A stretch of 58,775 bases of DNA, the filler included, from Stramenopiles sp. TOSAG23-2 (lineage: Eukaryota), in assembly GCA_900128395.1 (NCBI GenBank). It is 4 parts of 4 records of this genome, joined end to end, with 100 filler letters (N's around TTAATTAATTAA, not from the genome) between each part and the next. Parts side by side here need not be neighbours in the genome. Positions count along the whole stretch, not along the records: positions 44,199 to 58,775 come from LT649753.1; 3 more parts are not named here. One strand, written 5' to 3'. A model generated the notes under the pieces. The model ran no database searches. It saw nothing but the letters and a program-made list of their open reading frames with translations, and was not told the DNA's origin. The stretch's first letter is position 1. The number at the start of each line of letters is the position of its first letter. Made by a program: the position numbers and the translations under genes. Shown here piece by piece: positions 44,199 through 55,109 of the stretch.

Positions 44199-44309
44199 GT
44201 AGAAGAAATCATGCAATATGATTGGATTACTAGTAGTTCAAAAGCGTCTGATGATGTCTTCATTGATTATAAAAAAGTGCCATTACAACTGGAAAATGAT
44301 GAATTGTAA
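44199..44309 (+). CDS. 3' end of a CDS at contig start (partial), ending NDEL
   Basis: VEEIMQYDWITSSSKASDDVFIDYKKVPLQLENDEL*, open from the gap. EEIMQYDW is reminiscent of a kinase-domain end. Confidence 0.45.
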   Translation, partial: VEEIMQYDWITSSSKASDDVFIDYKKVPLQLENDEL

Positions 44310-44798
44310 TTCATGTAAAATGTATATAGAGAGAGAACGAAAGGTTTTCTTTGACGAACGTTAAAGTGTGTAATTTTTTGTGTGAAAGTGTCCAATTTTC
44401 GTGTGCTACACGTATTAAAATCTGTATAAATAAGGAGATCTATTGTATGATGTGAGATATTATTTTTAATTGGGAACACAGCGTAAACTTTAAATATAGG
44501 TTTTTATAAAATATCAATTAATCATTTTACAAATGATATACGATCCGGTTCGTACATACTTTAATTTAATATTTATATATATAACGTATTGATATATCAT
44601 ATTCGTATTTAAATACGACTCTCGTACTGATCTACCACCCCAGGTGGTATGTCATTTTTTAAAGGGGAAGAAAGAATAAAAAATATATGCACAGACACAC
44701 ACACACACATTATCATCATCATCACTTATTTTATAATACCATATTAATTTCATCAAAACAACCTTTCTCCTTTCTTTCATGCGTACGATACTCCAGTA

Positions 44799-45584
44799 TT
44801 AAAATAAGAGATCTTCATCTGCTTCGTCGTTATCACCATAACTATCCAAAATGCTTGGTCCTAGATTACTAGATTCAAGACTTTCTGCTTGATACTTATT
44901 ACCCTCACCGTTTTCCATATCTTCACTATTTTCATTCTCATTTTTCTTCTCTACAACTTTTTTCAATCTCGTAAAATCTTCACGTTCTAACTCATCCAAT
45001 TCTTGTTTAACATATGCTACCGTATTTTCTAATCTCGGAACAACTACATTATCAAGCGCATTTACACGACGACTTGTTACCTTCAATGCTTCATCCAATG
45101 TTTTAAAAGCTGTTTGTAAGGACGCAAGTTGAATCAATTTTTCCAATAAGTTAGCAAATTCTTCCTTTGCCTTGTTGATTTGTGCTCCACCACCTGATAA
45201 CCCATACATTTCTGTCATTTTAGACGAATCCACATCAACATCATCCGTAGATGCAAATTTTGCTATTTTGACACCAGCAACATTTTCAACTTTCCCATCT
45301 ATGCGTATAGTTGCTCTGTGTTCGTTTTCCAAGACACGTTTTATAAAACCACCACCACCAGCTGCATATGTAGCTTTTGCTAAAGCTAAATGTGCCATTT
45401 TAACATCATGCCCAATACTTAATTTAAGAGTATGGATAGCCCTAATCATTTTTTGTATACGTGCTTTAAGAGCATCTGCTTTTTTCTTCAATAGATCAAA
45501 ACCTTTTTTCGCACCTTTGGATTTTTGTTTGTAAGTTTGCAGCACCATTCGCGTTGCAAATACTTGGTCACGTTCACCTGCCAT
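44799..45584 (-). CDS. ATP6V1D: V-type H+-ATPase subunit D
   Basis: VFATRMVL...GAKKGFDLLKKKADAL, ENVAGVKI, and LASLQTAFKTLDEALKVTSRRVNALDNVVVPRLENT...ELDELEREDFTRLKK. Start MAGERDQV at 45584. Confidence 0.97.
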   Translation of the reverse strand: MAGERDQVFATRMVLQTYKQKSKGAKKGFDLLKKKADALKARIQKMIRAIHTLKLSIGHDVKMAHLALAKATYAAGGGGFIKRVLENEHRATIRIDGKVENVAGVKIAKFASTDDVDVDSSKMTEMYGLSGGGAQINKAKEEFANLLEKLIQLASLQTAFKTLDEALKVTSRRVNALDNVVVPRLENTVAYVKQELDELEREDFTRLKKVVEKKNENENSEDMENGEGNKYQAESLESSNLGPSILDSYGDNDEADEDLLF

Positions 45585-46369
45585 CTTTTTATACTGATAT
45601 TTAATGAAAGAATAATATATAAATAAAACTACAATTATTACACAAATAACCAAAAAAAAAAAAACAGTATTAATATCGCGGTATTTCTTTTCCGTTGTAT
45701 ATGCTGATACACACTATACTTTCAAAATCAAAAAGAACCGTAACTAAACTATTGAGGCAATAATAATAATAATAATAACTATGCAGGTGTGTTTCACGTT
45801 CACTAATAAATATTGCACACACACACACATAAATATACACATACACACACAAACATATTATAATTACACCCATTGTTCCATTTTATATTCATCGAAGCTT
45901 CTTCTTTGTTATTAAAAAAAAAAAAAAAGATATTAATATTATTATATACTTGGCACCTTAATATAGAGAGGATCCTCTCGATATTAATATTAGTATGACA
46001 TTATCAAAATTATCAAAACGATGTTTAATTTAAGTATAATATAAGAATACTAATTTAGTATTCTACCCGACAGCACACCAGGCACACCAGCACACCACAC
46101 AGAGGAGATTTACAGTATACAGTAATAATATCATTTATCTTCTGATGCTGGTTTTAAAATAAATAATTAATATTTCATAATTCCACCAAAAAAATATAAT
46201 AATAATAATTACATGTATAAACACTAAAACTAAGATAATAATAATAATATATTTTTATTTATTTTTACGTAAAATAGACAATTAGTATAGAATTATGGTA
46301 TAACATATATACTTTTGACTGTGCTTATTAAAAAACATTGTATATACGTAGTATAGATATAGATAGAAC

Positions 46370-49300
46370 ATGGGGGATCGGAAAAATAAACTCCAAGAAA
46401 AGAATAAATTGGCAGCGTTGGATAAAGAGTTAAATGAGTTAGAGACGGAGTTTAATTTATTATTTTCTAGAGTAGAAGAATTAGAAGAAGATGTTAAAAA
46501 TACTAATGGAGATATCAAAAATAGGGTAGAACAAATTGATCGTAAAACTGAAGAATTGATGTCCCAGAATGAAAAAATAAAGGCATTAGATGATGAAAAA
46601 GAGGAACTAAAACTTAAATTATCTGGGGAAATAACTGATAACTCCGGTGAACAGTTAAACGACTTAATGAACCAGTTGCAAGGTGCACGTCAATACGGGA
46701 CAAGGCCAAAAAATACATCAGAGGCTGTTATGGGAGACCTTGCTAAAATGGCACAGCTTATGGGTCGAATGCACCTGCGTGCTGAAACTATGAAAACGAC
46801 GGACGATATGATGATGGCAGAAGAGGCAGTTATGTTAAACGATACCGATACAAAACGAAATGAAGGTGTTTTAAACCAAGTACGTGTATGGTTTGGCCAT
46901 ACTTCTTGTTTGTTCAAAATAACAGATAACCATACGTTTAAAATGTTACTGGACGAAGTGTTGACGTATTGGAGTCTAGAGCCGTCAAAAAATGTGCTTG
47001 TCAATGAAAGCAACTTTGTGTGGCCGTTGAATGCAACGATACGCGAAGTATTAGCTGGCAATTCCAATGCAAAAATTAAAGTTCGAAATAGGGAGGCAGA
47101 AGCAGAGGCTAAATTCAGTTGGATTAGCCACGCCGCGAAAATGGAAACGGACCGTAAAGTCGATGAAGATGCTGAAGAGGCAGAAAAATTAGTTTTAGAT
47201 CTATTGCAAAGCGAAGAGAAGGAAGCCGAAGAAACAATTGCTGGATTTTTAGAAGGCGATAAAGCTTTATTGAAAAATAATAATAATCCAGACATTTCAA
47301 AACAAGGACATTTGCCTGGAATGGATATATCAAGATCCGTAAATACACAAAAATTAAAAATTGAGGAATCCATCCGTATACATCCTACTCAAGTTGATAT
47401 TGTCCGCTACGTGCGCTTGTTAGCTTTCTTGGCATTTATTGTTTTAGCATCGAATACGCTTTTCATGAGACGAGCTGTATTCAAAGCAAATATGTTGCAT
47501 AATGCCTTGTCTAGTGTATTTTTCGGTGATTTTCTAGTAGCAAAGCGAGCAGATCGTGCTACTGTCATGTCCGGTGGTGCCCATGCTGGTACACAAGGTT
47601 TTAGTCGCGTGGATGGTAAGGAAGCAAAGGTGACAATTAATTTTAATGATATTGATAATTTTAATGATGTTTGGAATTGGATTGAAGGTCCTTTCCGTGA
47701 TGCTATGGTTGGGATGCGAAATGGCTCAGCAAGCGAAACTTCTAACTCTGCGATGTTTTGGGTACCAAAAGCTAAAGTGGGTAGTACTATTTTACGTCAC
47801 AATACCATCATTGGCCGTCCTCGCTTACATCAAATACGTTCTCGAACTGCAGGTTGTAACAAACCATCTAAACTGGATGTTTTTCAAGCGGATTGCATAA
47901 CGCTGTACGATGCATCGGAAAATCAGGAGAAAGGTATACGTACGACTGCTGAATGCATTAAAAGTGGTAAAGAGGAGTTTGAATGCAAAGTCGCTTTGGA
48001 TGATAATGCTGAGATTACGTATACAGTTGATGCCATTGAAAAAAATGGATTTTACACTTTAAGTGCTCAAGGCAATACTTTATCAAATGTTCCGCGTTAT
48101 CGTATTTCAAATTCTTCCTTTCCACAAATAGCATCTTCGTCTGTTGCTAGCCGCTTTTCATTATATGGAGAAACGTCTGGCTTTACATTTAATGAGGAAT
48201 TGCAAAAGATATTTGATGAACGTACATATTATTCAATGGCATTGAGTTATTTCGCAGAGTATAAAGGTGGTGGATTTAGTACTGATTTACCACTCGATAT
48301 TAAAGGGTATGATCGAAATGTTGGAACATTGAAGAATTATTTATGGCTTGATTCGCGTACGAGGGCGCTGCGAATTACTGTGAATACGTATAATCCAAGC
48401 TACGATATGATAGCAATTGTTGAAGCTTTGATAGAATTTCCACCAAGTGGTGGTGTGAAGCCTAGTTACTCCATTAAAACATTTCGTGCAACGGATAATT
48501 GGACTATAGAGGATAAAAGTCGTGCCTCTATGGAAACTGGTTTGACGTTTTTAATTGCAGTCCTTGCATTTGATTTAATATACAATTGGTTTTTAGAATT
48601 TAGTATGCCTGTTGATGAATACGCAATGACTGTTAAAGATTTTTATGATACTGATGCAAGGCGTAAGATGGAGAGGCGTGAAAGAAGAAAAATGAAGACA
48701 CAAGAGGAAACCTTAAATTCTATATCAGAATCGTTGCCTAAGCGAATATTTCAAGCTACGGCAGCTACTATCACTCCTTGGAAAATGGTAGATTTGCTGA
48801 TAGTAGGTTTATTTATAACACAATATGCTGTACGTGAAGGTTACCTGGTTAATAATAGTGACACTTTAACGAAAAAGGCGTTTGAAGGTAATGAATTTAC
48901 AGATTTTCAACGAGACATGTTACAATATAAGGTTACGATTAATATTGATGTAATATTGATATTTTTGTCGACTACTAAGACATTTAAATTTTTCTCATAC
49001 AATCCAAATATTTCAATGATTTGGGGTGTATTGCAGAAAGCTGCAATTACATTTTTACATTCATTTTACGTATATTTCATATATGTATCTGCATTTACTT
49101 TTGCTGGATACATTGTATTTGGAATCGAAAACGATAAATATATAGCATATGATGTTGCCTATAATCAAGTATTATCAATGCTTTCTGGTAAATTTGACTA
49201 TGATGAAATGGCAAAGACAAATCCATGGTTAGCCCCATTTTATTACATTATTATTTGTACATTTGGCTATTTATTCTTAAAGAACATATTCGTTGCAATT

Positions 49301-49498
49301 GTGAATGATGAATATCAAAGAAAAGCTGCTGATGTGAGATTGAATGGATATTATTGGATTCGTACTGAAGCTGATTTTTTAGCTGATGAAAATCGCAAGA
49401 AAGCAAAAGAGATAGAAATCTATATGCAAAGAAAGGCAAAAACGGCTGGTCTTGGACAAGCAAAAAATGCTGTTATTGGTGATAACAGGATTAAATAA
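46370..49498 (+). CDS. Polycystin-2/TRPP (PKD2-like) cation channel with N-terminal coiled coil
   Basis: F.DI....DVWNWIEGP, IGRPRLHQIR, YKGGGF..DL, WLDSRTRAL..T.NTYNP, IEFPPSGGV and FAGYIVFG...GKFDYDEM...PFYY...NIFVAIVNDEY match the polycystin TOP domain and S1-S6. Confidence 0.92.
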   Translation: MGDRKNKLQEKNKLAALDKELNELETEFNLLFSRVEELEEDVKNTNGDIKNRVEQIDRKTEELMSQNEKIKALDDEKEELKLKLSGEITDNSGEQLNDLMNQLQGARQYGTRPKNTSEAVMGDLAKMAQLMGRMHLRAETMKTTDDMMMAEEAVMLNDTDTKRNEGVLNQVRVWFGHTSCLFKITDNHTFKMLLDEVLTYWSLEPSKNVLVNESNFVWPLNATIREVLAGNSNAKIKVRNREAEAEAKFSWISHAAKMETDRKVDEDAEEAEKLVLDLLQSEEKEAEETIAGFLEGDKALLKNNNNPDISKQGHLPGMDISRSVNTQKLKIEESIRIHPTQVDIVRYVRLLAFLAFIVLASNTLFMRRAVFKANMLHNALSSVFFGDFLVAKRADRATVMSGGAHAGTQGFSRVDGKEAKVTINFNDIDNFNDVWNWIEGPFRDAMVGMRNGSASETSNSAMFWVPKAKVGSTILRHNTIIGRPRLHQIRSRTAGCNKPSKLDVFQADCITLYDASENQEKGIRTTAECIKSGKEEFECKVALDDNAEITYTVDAIEKNGFYTLSAQGNTLSNVPRYRISNSSFPQIASSSVASRFSLYGETSGFTFNEELQKIFDERTYYSMALSYFAEYKGGGFSTDLPLDIKGYDRNVGTLKNYLWLDSRTRALRITVNTYNPSYDMIAIVEALIEFPPSGGVKPSYSIKTFRATDNWTIEDKSRASMETGLTFLIAVLAFDLIYNWFLEFSMPVDEYAMTVKDFYDTDARRKMERRERRKMKTQEETLNSISESLPKRIFQATAATITPWKMVDLLIVGLFITQYAVREGYLVNNSDTLTKKAFEGNEFTDFQRDMLQYKVTINIDVILIFLSTTKTFKFFSYNPNISMIWGVLQKAAITFLHSFYVYFIYVSAFTFAGYIVFGIENDKYIAYDVAYNQVLSMLSGKFDYDEMAKTNPWLAPFYYIIICTFGYLFLKNIFVAIVNDEYQRKAADVRLNGYYWIRTEADFLADENRKKAKEIEIYMQRKAKTAGLGQAKNAVIGDNRIK

Positions 49499-49574
49499 AA
49501 AAGAAAAAGAAGAGAGAAAATGAAAAAGAGATGTGTGCGCGTTTTAAAACACTACAAAATATTATTCCTTCTCT

Positions 49575-49622
49575 NNNNNNNNNNNNNNNNNNNNNNNNNN
49601 NNNNNNNNNNNNNNNNNNNNNN
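49575..49622. other. Within-scaffold gap (48 N)
   Basis: Run of N without linker sequence. Confidence 0.95.
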
Positions 49623-49673
49623 CTTTTTACAAAACGTTCTCGCGTATATTTTTGCATATATATTTTGGCGTGT

Positions 49674-50789
49674 TTAAAGCTCCTCTTCTTTTATCTTTTC
49701 TTCTTTTCCTCTTCCTCTGCTTATAGCAAAATGTAAACTATTTGCAGGAGCATTTCCCTTACATGTTTCAATATGTACATTACCATTCTTTTCTTTTAAT
49801 TCTTTTATCCTACAGTCTTGTCCTATTTCCCAGATCATTACTCCACCAATTCTCTTCTTAATTGCATATTTTGTTTTCTCCTCAATAGTTACAACTGAAT
49901 TGAAACCAATATCTAAAACTTTATCAACATTCATTTCCTTATTGTTTCCTTTAATTTTATCATAATGTTTACTTAAAATATCTTCATATGTTGTCCAATG
50001 GCCTGTGTGATCACGTCCGTAAAATGGTAAGCCTAAAGTTAATTTTTTTGATGGAAGCCCTATATCAATGGCCTGTTCGACTGATTTAATTGCGAATTCA
50101 TATGATGAATGCTGGTTACCATGTTGATCATATGTCATCATATGCATGTAATCAACATATTGATCGATTTTATATTTCAAAAATAATTTTTCTTGCCTAC
50201 CATCTGGATAATATGCCAGGGTAATTCCCAATCTTTTTTTGCCATTTTTAGATTTTTCACTAAATTTATCAAATGCCTCTCGCGTTTCTTTTACAAGATT
50301 GTACAGACCTTTGTAATCATTGTTGACAACTTGGTCATTGGAATATCCATGTTGAAAAGAATAGCCAGGATACTCCCAATTATAATCAACCCCATCAAAC
50401 TCGTATTGATTCATTAAAGATATTAACTGTGTTAGAAAAACTTGACGTTTATTTTTATTTAAGACGAGTTTAAAACCATCTGATCGTCCATTTCCACCAA
50501 AACAAATATATAATTTCGCCCTGTTTTTGGCTCTTTTAGCCCTTTGCAACGTTTCCTCATTTGGCAAACGATCCATTGCAGTAATCATTCCCGTTTTTGG
50601 ATCCATCTCAAGTGAAAAAAATATTATATGCGTCACGTGTTCTGAGACACTTTCAAAACTCAAAGCATGATATCGCCATTCAGGTAGGTATCCAAAAACA
50701 ACAGAGTTGGCCACTACCACTTGTTTGAAACCGATGGAAAAAAATAGTGTTATTAATATCAAAGTTAAAAATGAGGAGGATTTCATCAT
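49674..50789 (-). CDS. Glycoside hydrolase family 18 (chitinase-like) protein
   Basis: Signal peptide, VFGYLPEW, CFGG, FDGVDYNWEYP, HMMTYD, LGLPFYGR and GGVMIWEIGQD. C-terminus is EEEL. Confidence 0.93.
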   Translation of the reverse strand: MMKSSSFLTLILITLFFSIGFKQVVVANSVVFGYLPEWRYHALSFESVSEHVTHIIFFSLEMDPKTGMITAMDRLPNEETLQRAKRAKNRAKLYICFGGNGRSDGFKLVLNKNKRQVFLTQLISLMNQYEFDGVDYNWEYPGYSFQHGYSNDQVVNNDYKGLYNLVKETREAFDKFSEKSKNGKKRLGITLAYYPDGRQEKLFLKYKIDQYVDYMHMMTYDQHGNQHSSYEFAIKSVEQAIDIGLPSKKLTLGLPFYGRDHTGHWTTYEDILSKHYDKIKGNNKEMNVDKVLDIGFNSVVTIEEKTKYAIKKRIGGVMIWEIGQDCRIKELKEKNGNVHIETCKGNAPANSLHFAISRGRGKEEKIKEEEL

Positions 50790-51286
50790 CGTCGTTTCCT
50801 ATTATATGATGATTTATTCAACTGTCGATAAAGAAATGTGTAGTCGTCATATGTATAAGTAGTATGATACTCTTTTTTTATTTTTATAATTATTGTATGA
50901 TGTATAGCACATCATACCTGGCATAATAAATAATAATAATAATAAATAATGCAACAACGTAGCTACTGGTATTATTATACTAATACTACAGTATTATACT
51001 ATTAATAGACTACAGTAGCAGTATTAATACCTGGTACAACAAATAATAATAACTGTTGTATGTGGGTAATCGGTGCCAGGGGTGGTAATAATAATAAATA
51101 ATGTAAAAAAAAATAATATAGACGAAAAAAATATTAATATCTATAATAGCCGGAATATTTCAATATACATGTATATGTACTCTAACAGAACAACATTTTT
51201 CATTATCGATATAGGTATACAGTATAATAAGCTATCCTTGTAAAACACACTGTTTGCAAACATTTTTGAACTGCACTACTGCAATA

Positions 51287-51950
51287 ATGGAAACAATATC
51301 CTTCATAACTTCTGCAATATCAACTGTTGTTACACTTTTGATTGGTATTTTAATTGGTCGTTGCTTCAATAACAATATTAATTATTATAACAATTCAAAA
51401 CATCATGTCAAGACTCAACTAAATAATCCTGTAAAAAAAAAAAAAACGCTCAAAAAAGGAACGTAGAAAACAAAAAACTGATTCTACAGAATGGATAACT
51501 TGTGATATCATAGTAGCAAAAGAAGAAAGTACTTATAGAAAGGCTGTTATAAACCATGTAAAGGAGACTGACTCATTTCTTGAGATTGGATGCCATGTTG
51601 GAGTAACAACCGCTTTAATTTCAAAATATGCGAAGTCTTCTTTTGGTATAGACTCTTCTGAATTTAGTATCCAAGCAGCAAAAAAACGATTTTCGCATGA
51701 TGAGAAATTGAAAAATCTAAATTTTTTTTGTGCTGATGCGTCAGATAAACGCTCAGTTGTTAAATGTCTAAGCAATGATAAACATAAAGAAAAGATTACT
51801 GTTATTTTCATAGATGTTTCAGGAAATAGAGACCCAGGTTTTGTCTTAAATTTAATGGAAAGTTATGACAGGATATTTCATCCTCGATTATTTGTAATAA
51901 AAAATTTTAAATTACAAAATTTTGTTGAGAGAAGTAGTATTAGTTATTAG
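51287..51950 (+). CDS. Class I SAM-dependent methyltransferase with N-terminal TM anchor; frameshift at a 14-A run
   Basis: METISF...TM. After A14 (51433-51446) another frame reads YRKAVINHVKETDSFLEIGCHVGVTT...FGIDSS...FFCADA...VIFIDVSGNR to the stop at 51950. Confidence 0.8.
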
Positions 51951-52052
51951 ACGATTAAAGAGCACACAAAACACAGTTTTCCATAGTATTAAAGAACATA
52001 AAAACTTTTGTTGTGTGTATAAACTGTCATATAAATAATTTTAAAAAATGTT

Positions 52053-55000
52053 TTATAATCCAGTTGGGCGATGAAATCGCCCATTATCACCTATTGTTAA
52101 TCCATCGCTTTTTGATTTATTGCTATCATCACCATTAATTTTCATCCCTTCGACATTGTTCGCCAATGTATTAACTGCATTATTACTATTGCTATCTTCA
52201 ACATATCCGCCACTGCTATTTGTTTTGCTCAGCAAGAGGTTAGGTAATGCATCTAATGTAACTTCTGTTTGTTCATTTGCTTGTACATCTTTTAGTTGGC
52301 AAACATTTCTGGCAACTTCATCTTCGCCAAGTACAACCATGTATGGTATACCTTTCTCAAGCGCCATTTGTAATTGTCGCCTAAATGGTACATCAGTCTT
52401 GTAAACAAATTCAGCAGATACGCCAACTTTCCACAATGTTGAACATACTTTCATACGTTCCTTAATGAATGAGCCACCAGTACATGCAACTAATACATCC
52501 ACTGGTTTAGAACCTAACGTATTTAAAGCACGAGCTTTTCTTTCCATAATTGCAAAAACTCTTTCAATACCAATACTAACGCCAACACATGGTGTTTTCT
52601 TTCCTGAAAACATACCAACTAAATTGTCATACCTACCTCCAGCAGCAATAGAACCAACCCTTTCGCCTTTTTCAGTTATGACAGCTTCGTAAATTAATCC
52701 AGTGTAATAATCTAAACCACGTGCTAGACTTAAATCAAACGATATGTTGCCTAAGACACCACAGGCGTCTAAGTATTCAAATAAAATTTTCAATTCATCC
52801 ATGGCTTTTTTAGCTCTTGGATGTGTATTGAAACCCGTCCATTCAGTAGCAATCAATTTTGCATGAAGATCCAACGGATTGTCCATAGTACGAACTTCGC
52901 TGTCTTCATTTACATATCTGCCAATGCGATCAGCTACTACTGGATCCAAACCTTTTACCTCGATCATTTCGCAACGTACGGCACTCCAAGGTTCTTTGTC
53001 TAGCTTATCAACGGCACTGCATATAGGACGAAATTTTTCTTCCGGCACACCACAAATATCAAGCATCGCATCTAATAATACACGATGATTTAATTTAATA
53101 GCAAAATCACCAACAGGCAATGCACGTAAAATCTCAATCGCTACTGATAAAACCTCGGTTTCCGGTATCATAGAATCGTAATCTCCAGCAACATCATAAT
53201 CGCATTGGTAAAATTCACGAAATCGACCTTTTGCAATATTCGGATTATCACGCCTGTAAACTTTTCCAATGTGAAAGCGTTTTATATTACCGACGCTGTG
53301 TAATGCTAAAAAACGTGCGAATGGGACGGTTAAATCATATCGCAGTGCCAATAGCTCACCACCTTGGTCTGCCAATTCATATATTAATTTTGAATCTTCC
53401 CCATATTTACCAGTCAACGTTTCTTTTAATTCAAACACTGGCGTATCGATTTCAACGGCACCATGACGTCTAAAGACACCACGAATAATTTCAAATGCTT
53501 CTTGCCTTACTGCCATTTGATCTGGTTCAAAATCTCTAGCACCTTTTGCTATCTTAGGTACGCGCTGAGCACCACCACTACCAATTCGTTCTAATGTAAT
53601 GCGCAATGATGAATTTGTGATCAATCCTTTTTTTTGCGGATGAATTGTTGTGCTGATAAAATCACCATCATCCGTACCGGCTGCTTTTTCATCTTTTAAA
53701 AGTTTTAAAAACCAATTTGTCCCACTACCTAAACCAAGGCCACCAGCTTGTTTACTTTTATTTTTATTCTTTGCTGCCTTTTTTGCAGCTTTTGCCGCTT
53801 TTTTTGCTGCCTTTGCTGCACGTTTAGCTGCTGCTTTGTCATCCTCTGGTGGTTTTTGTGCATTATTATTATCTGTATTAGCTGCTGCTTTGGCTGCCAT
53901 TTTTTTTTCATATTCTTCTTTTTTACGTTTTGCTTCTTCTTCTTTTGCTTTTGCTTTTACTATTATTTCCTCCTCACGCTTTAAAAGAATATCCATTCCA
54001 AGCTTACACTCTTGGCATAAATTTTCAATCCACTCATTTGTTGTTACGGACGTTGGTGTCAACATTGTTTTTTGTACTTGTGGTGCCAATGGAATATTTT
54101 GCATTTGATTTGCACGCTGTTGAAATTGTTGAAGTATATTCAATCGATCTTGCGATGCTTTGTGCAAATCATATAAATGTACTTTTAATGTCTGGCTAAG
54201 TGGCTTTACTGAATTAGAGGTATATTGAGCTCTAGATCCAAACGATGGTGCCCCATTTAGCTCTGTGCGCAAAGTTCGTGATATTGTAGGTAATAATAGC
54301 CTGCTTGGGCCATGAAGCTGTGGTGTTAATTCAATTGCATCGAAAGATCGTTTTTTCATTTTTTTCTTCTTTTTCCCACCACCACTATCAGATATTAAAT
54401 TGCGTGAATTTAACAACAAGGTTCTTAAATTTTCTGCAGATTCAACACAGCCACGATGTGGACGACAAACGTATTCATTTTCGTCAAAACATGAAGCGGA
54501 ATGCTGTACAACTTCACAACTAAATGCAGCGACTAAATCGGACACATCTAATAAATTTTGTGTGACAAAAGCTTCTAAACATACAATTGCACTTTCCATT
54601 ACTTGATCACGAGTAAATGCAAATGTTTCAAATCCTGTTAATTCACCCAGTGCTTGTACATTAGCAGATGAAAATGTTTTTCCATCAAAAACTTGAATTT
54701 TTCCACTTGTTTCGTCTCCTTTTGAAAGAAATTCCATCAATGTGGAAACATAAGTTGAGCTGCGTGGTAATTTTGGTATAATATCTTCGTTCAATAATTG
54801 GGTCAATAATTCGACTAGTTCTGGTCTAACGTCAGACCTACCAGCCATAAACCATACAAGATGAAAAAGTATCGTCGCACGAGCCTGTTCCTTCGTAGTA
54901 GCTATTACAAAGCTTCTCTCCTCCTCTGCATCGTCGTTATTGTCCTCCACGTTATGTGCCTCAGGAGCCTTCTGTGATTTTGCTAAACCAGCTGATTTTT

Positions 55001-55109
55001 TAATTCCTGCACTTGCTGCTGTATCTAATTGTACACCTGCCTGAAGACATGAGACTTTGTAAAACTCTTCTAACGTTACCGTACGATTTCCTACTAATAC
55101 AGATTCCAT
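52053..55109 (-). CDS. HARS: Cytosolic histidyl-tRNA synthetase with N-terminal histidine-ammonia-lyase-like domain
   Basis: KGARDF, IDTPVFELKETL, LRYDLTVPFAR, YRRDNP..KGRFREFYQCD, LARGLDYYTG, GVSIGIER and the anticodon-binding domain are present. The N-terminus carries GRSDVRPEL, RPHRG and PQLHG. Confidence 0.96.
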   Translation of the reverse strand: MESVLVGNRTVTLEEFYKVSCLQAGVQLDTAASAGIKKSAGLAKSQKAPEAHNVEDNNDDAEEERSFVIATTKEQARATILFHLVWFMAGRSDVRPELVELLTQLLNEDIIPKLPRSSTYVSTLMEFLSKGDETSGKIQVFDGKTFSSANVQALGELTGFETFAFTRDQVMESAIVCLEAFVTQNLLDVSDLVAAFSCEVVQHSASCFDENEYVCRPHRGCVESAENLRTLLLNSRNLISDSGGGKKKKKMKKRSFDAIELTPQLHGPSRLLLPTISRTLRTELNGAPSFGSRAQYTSNSVKPLSQTLKVHLYDLHKASQDRLNILQQFQQRANQMQNIPLAPQVQKTMLTPTSVTTNEWIENLCQECKLGMDILLKREEEIIVKAKAKEEEAKRKKEEYEKKMAAKAAANTDNNNAQKPPEDDKAAAKRAAKAAKKAAKAAKKAAKNKNKSKQAGGLGLGSGTNWFLKLLKDEKAAGTDDGDFISTTIHPQKKGLITNSSLRITLERIGSGGAQRVPKIAKGARDFEPDQMAVRQEAFEIIRGVFRRHGAVEIDTPVFELKETLTGKYGEDSKLIYELADQGGELLALRYDLTVPFARFLALHSVGNIKRFHIGKVYRRDNPNIAKGRFREFYQCDYDVAGDYDSMIPETEVLSVAIEILRALPVGDFAIKLNHRVLLDAMLDICGVPEEKFRPICSAVDKLDKEPWSAVRCEMIEVKGLDPVVADRIGRYVNEDSEVRTMDNPLDLHAKLIATEWTGFNTHPRAKKAMDELKILFEYLDACGVLGNISFDLSLARGLDYYTGLIYEAVITEKGERVGSIAAGGRYDNLVGMFSGKKTPCVGVSIGIERVFAIMERKARALNTLGSKPVDVLVACTGGSFIKERMKVCSTLWKVGVSAEFVYKTDVPFRRQLQMALEKGIPYMVVLGEDEVARNVCQLKDVQANEQTEVTLDALPNLLLSKTNSSGGYVEDSNSNNAVNTLANNVEGMKINGDDSNKSKSDGLTIGDNGRFHRPTGL

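Noticed and set aside
22601-50789. Apparent chitin/cell-surface cluster (LysM protein, tyrosinase, GH18)
   Set aside because: The three genes are on three different contigs separated by artificial linkers.
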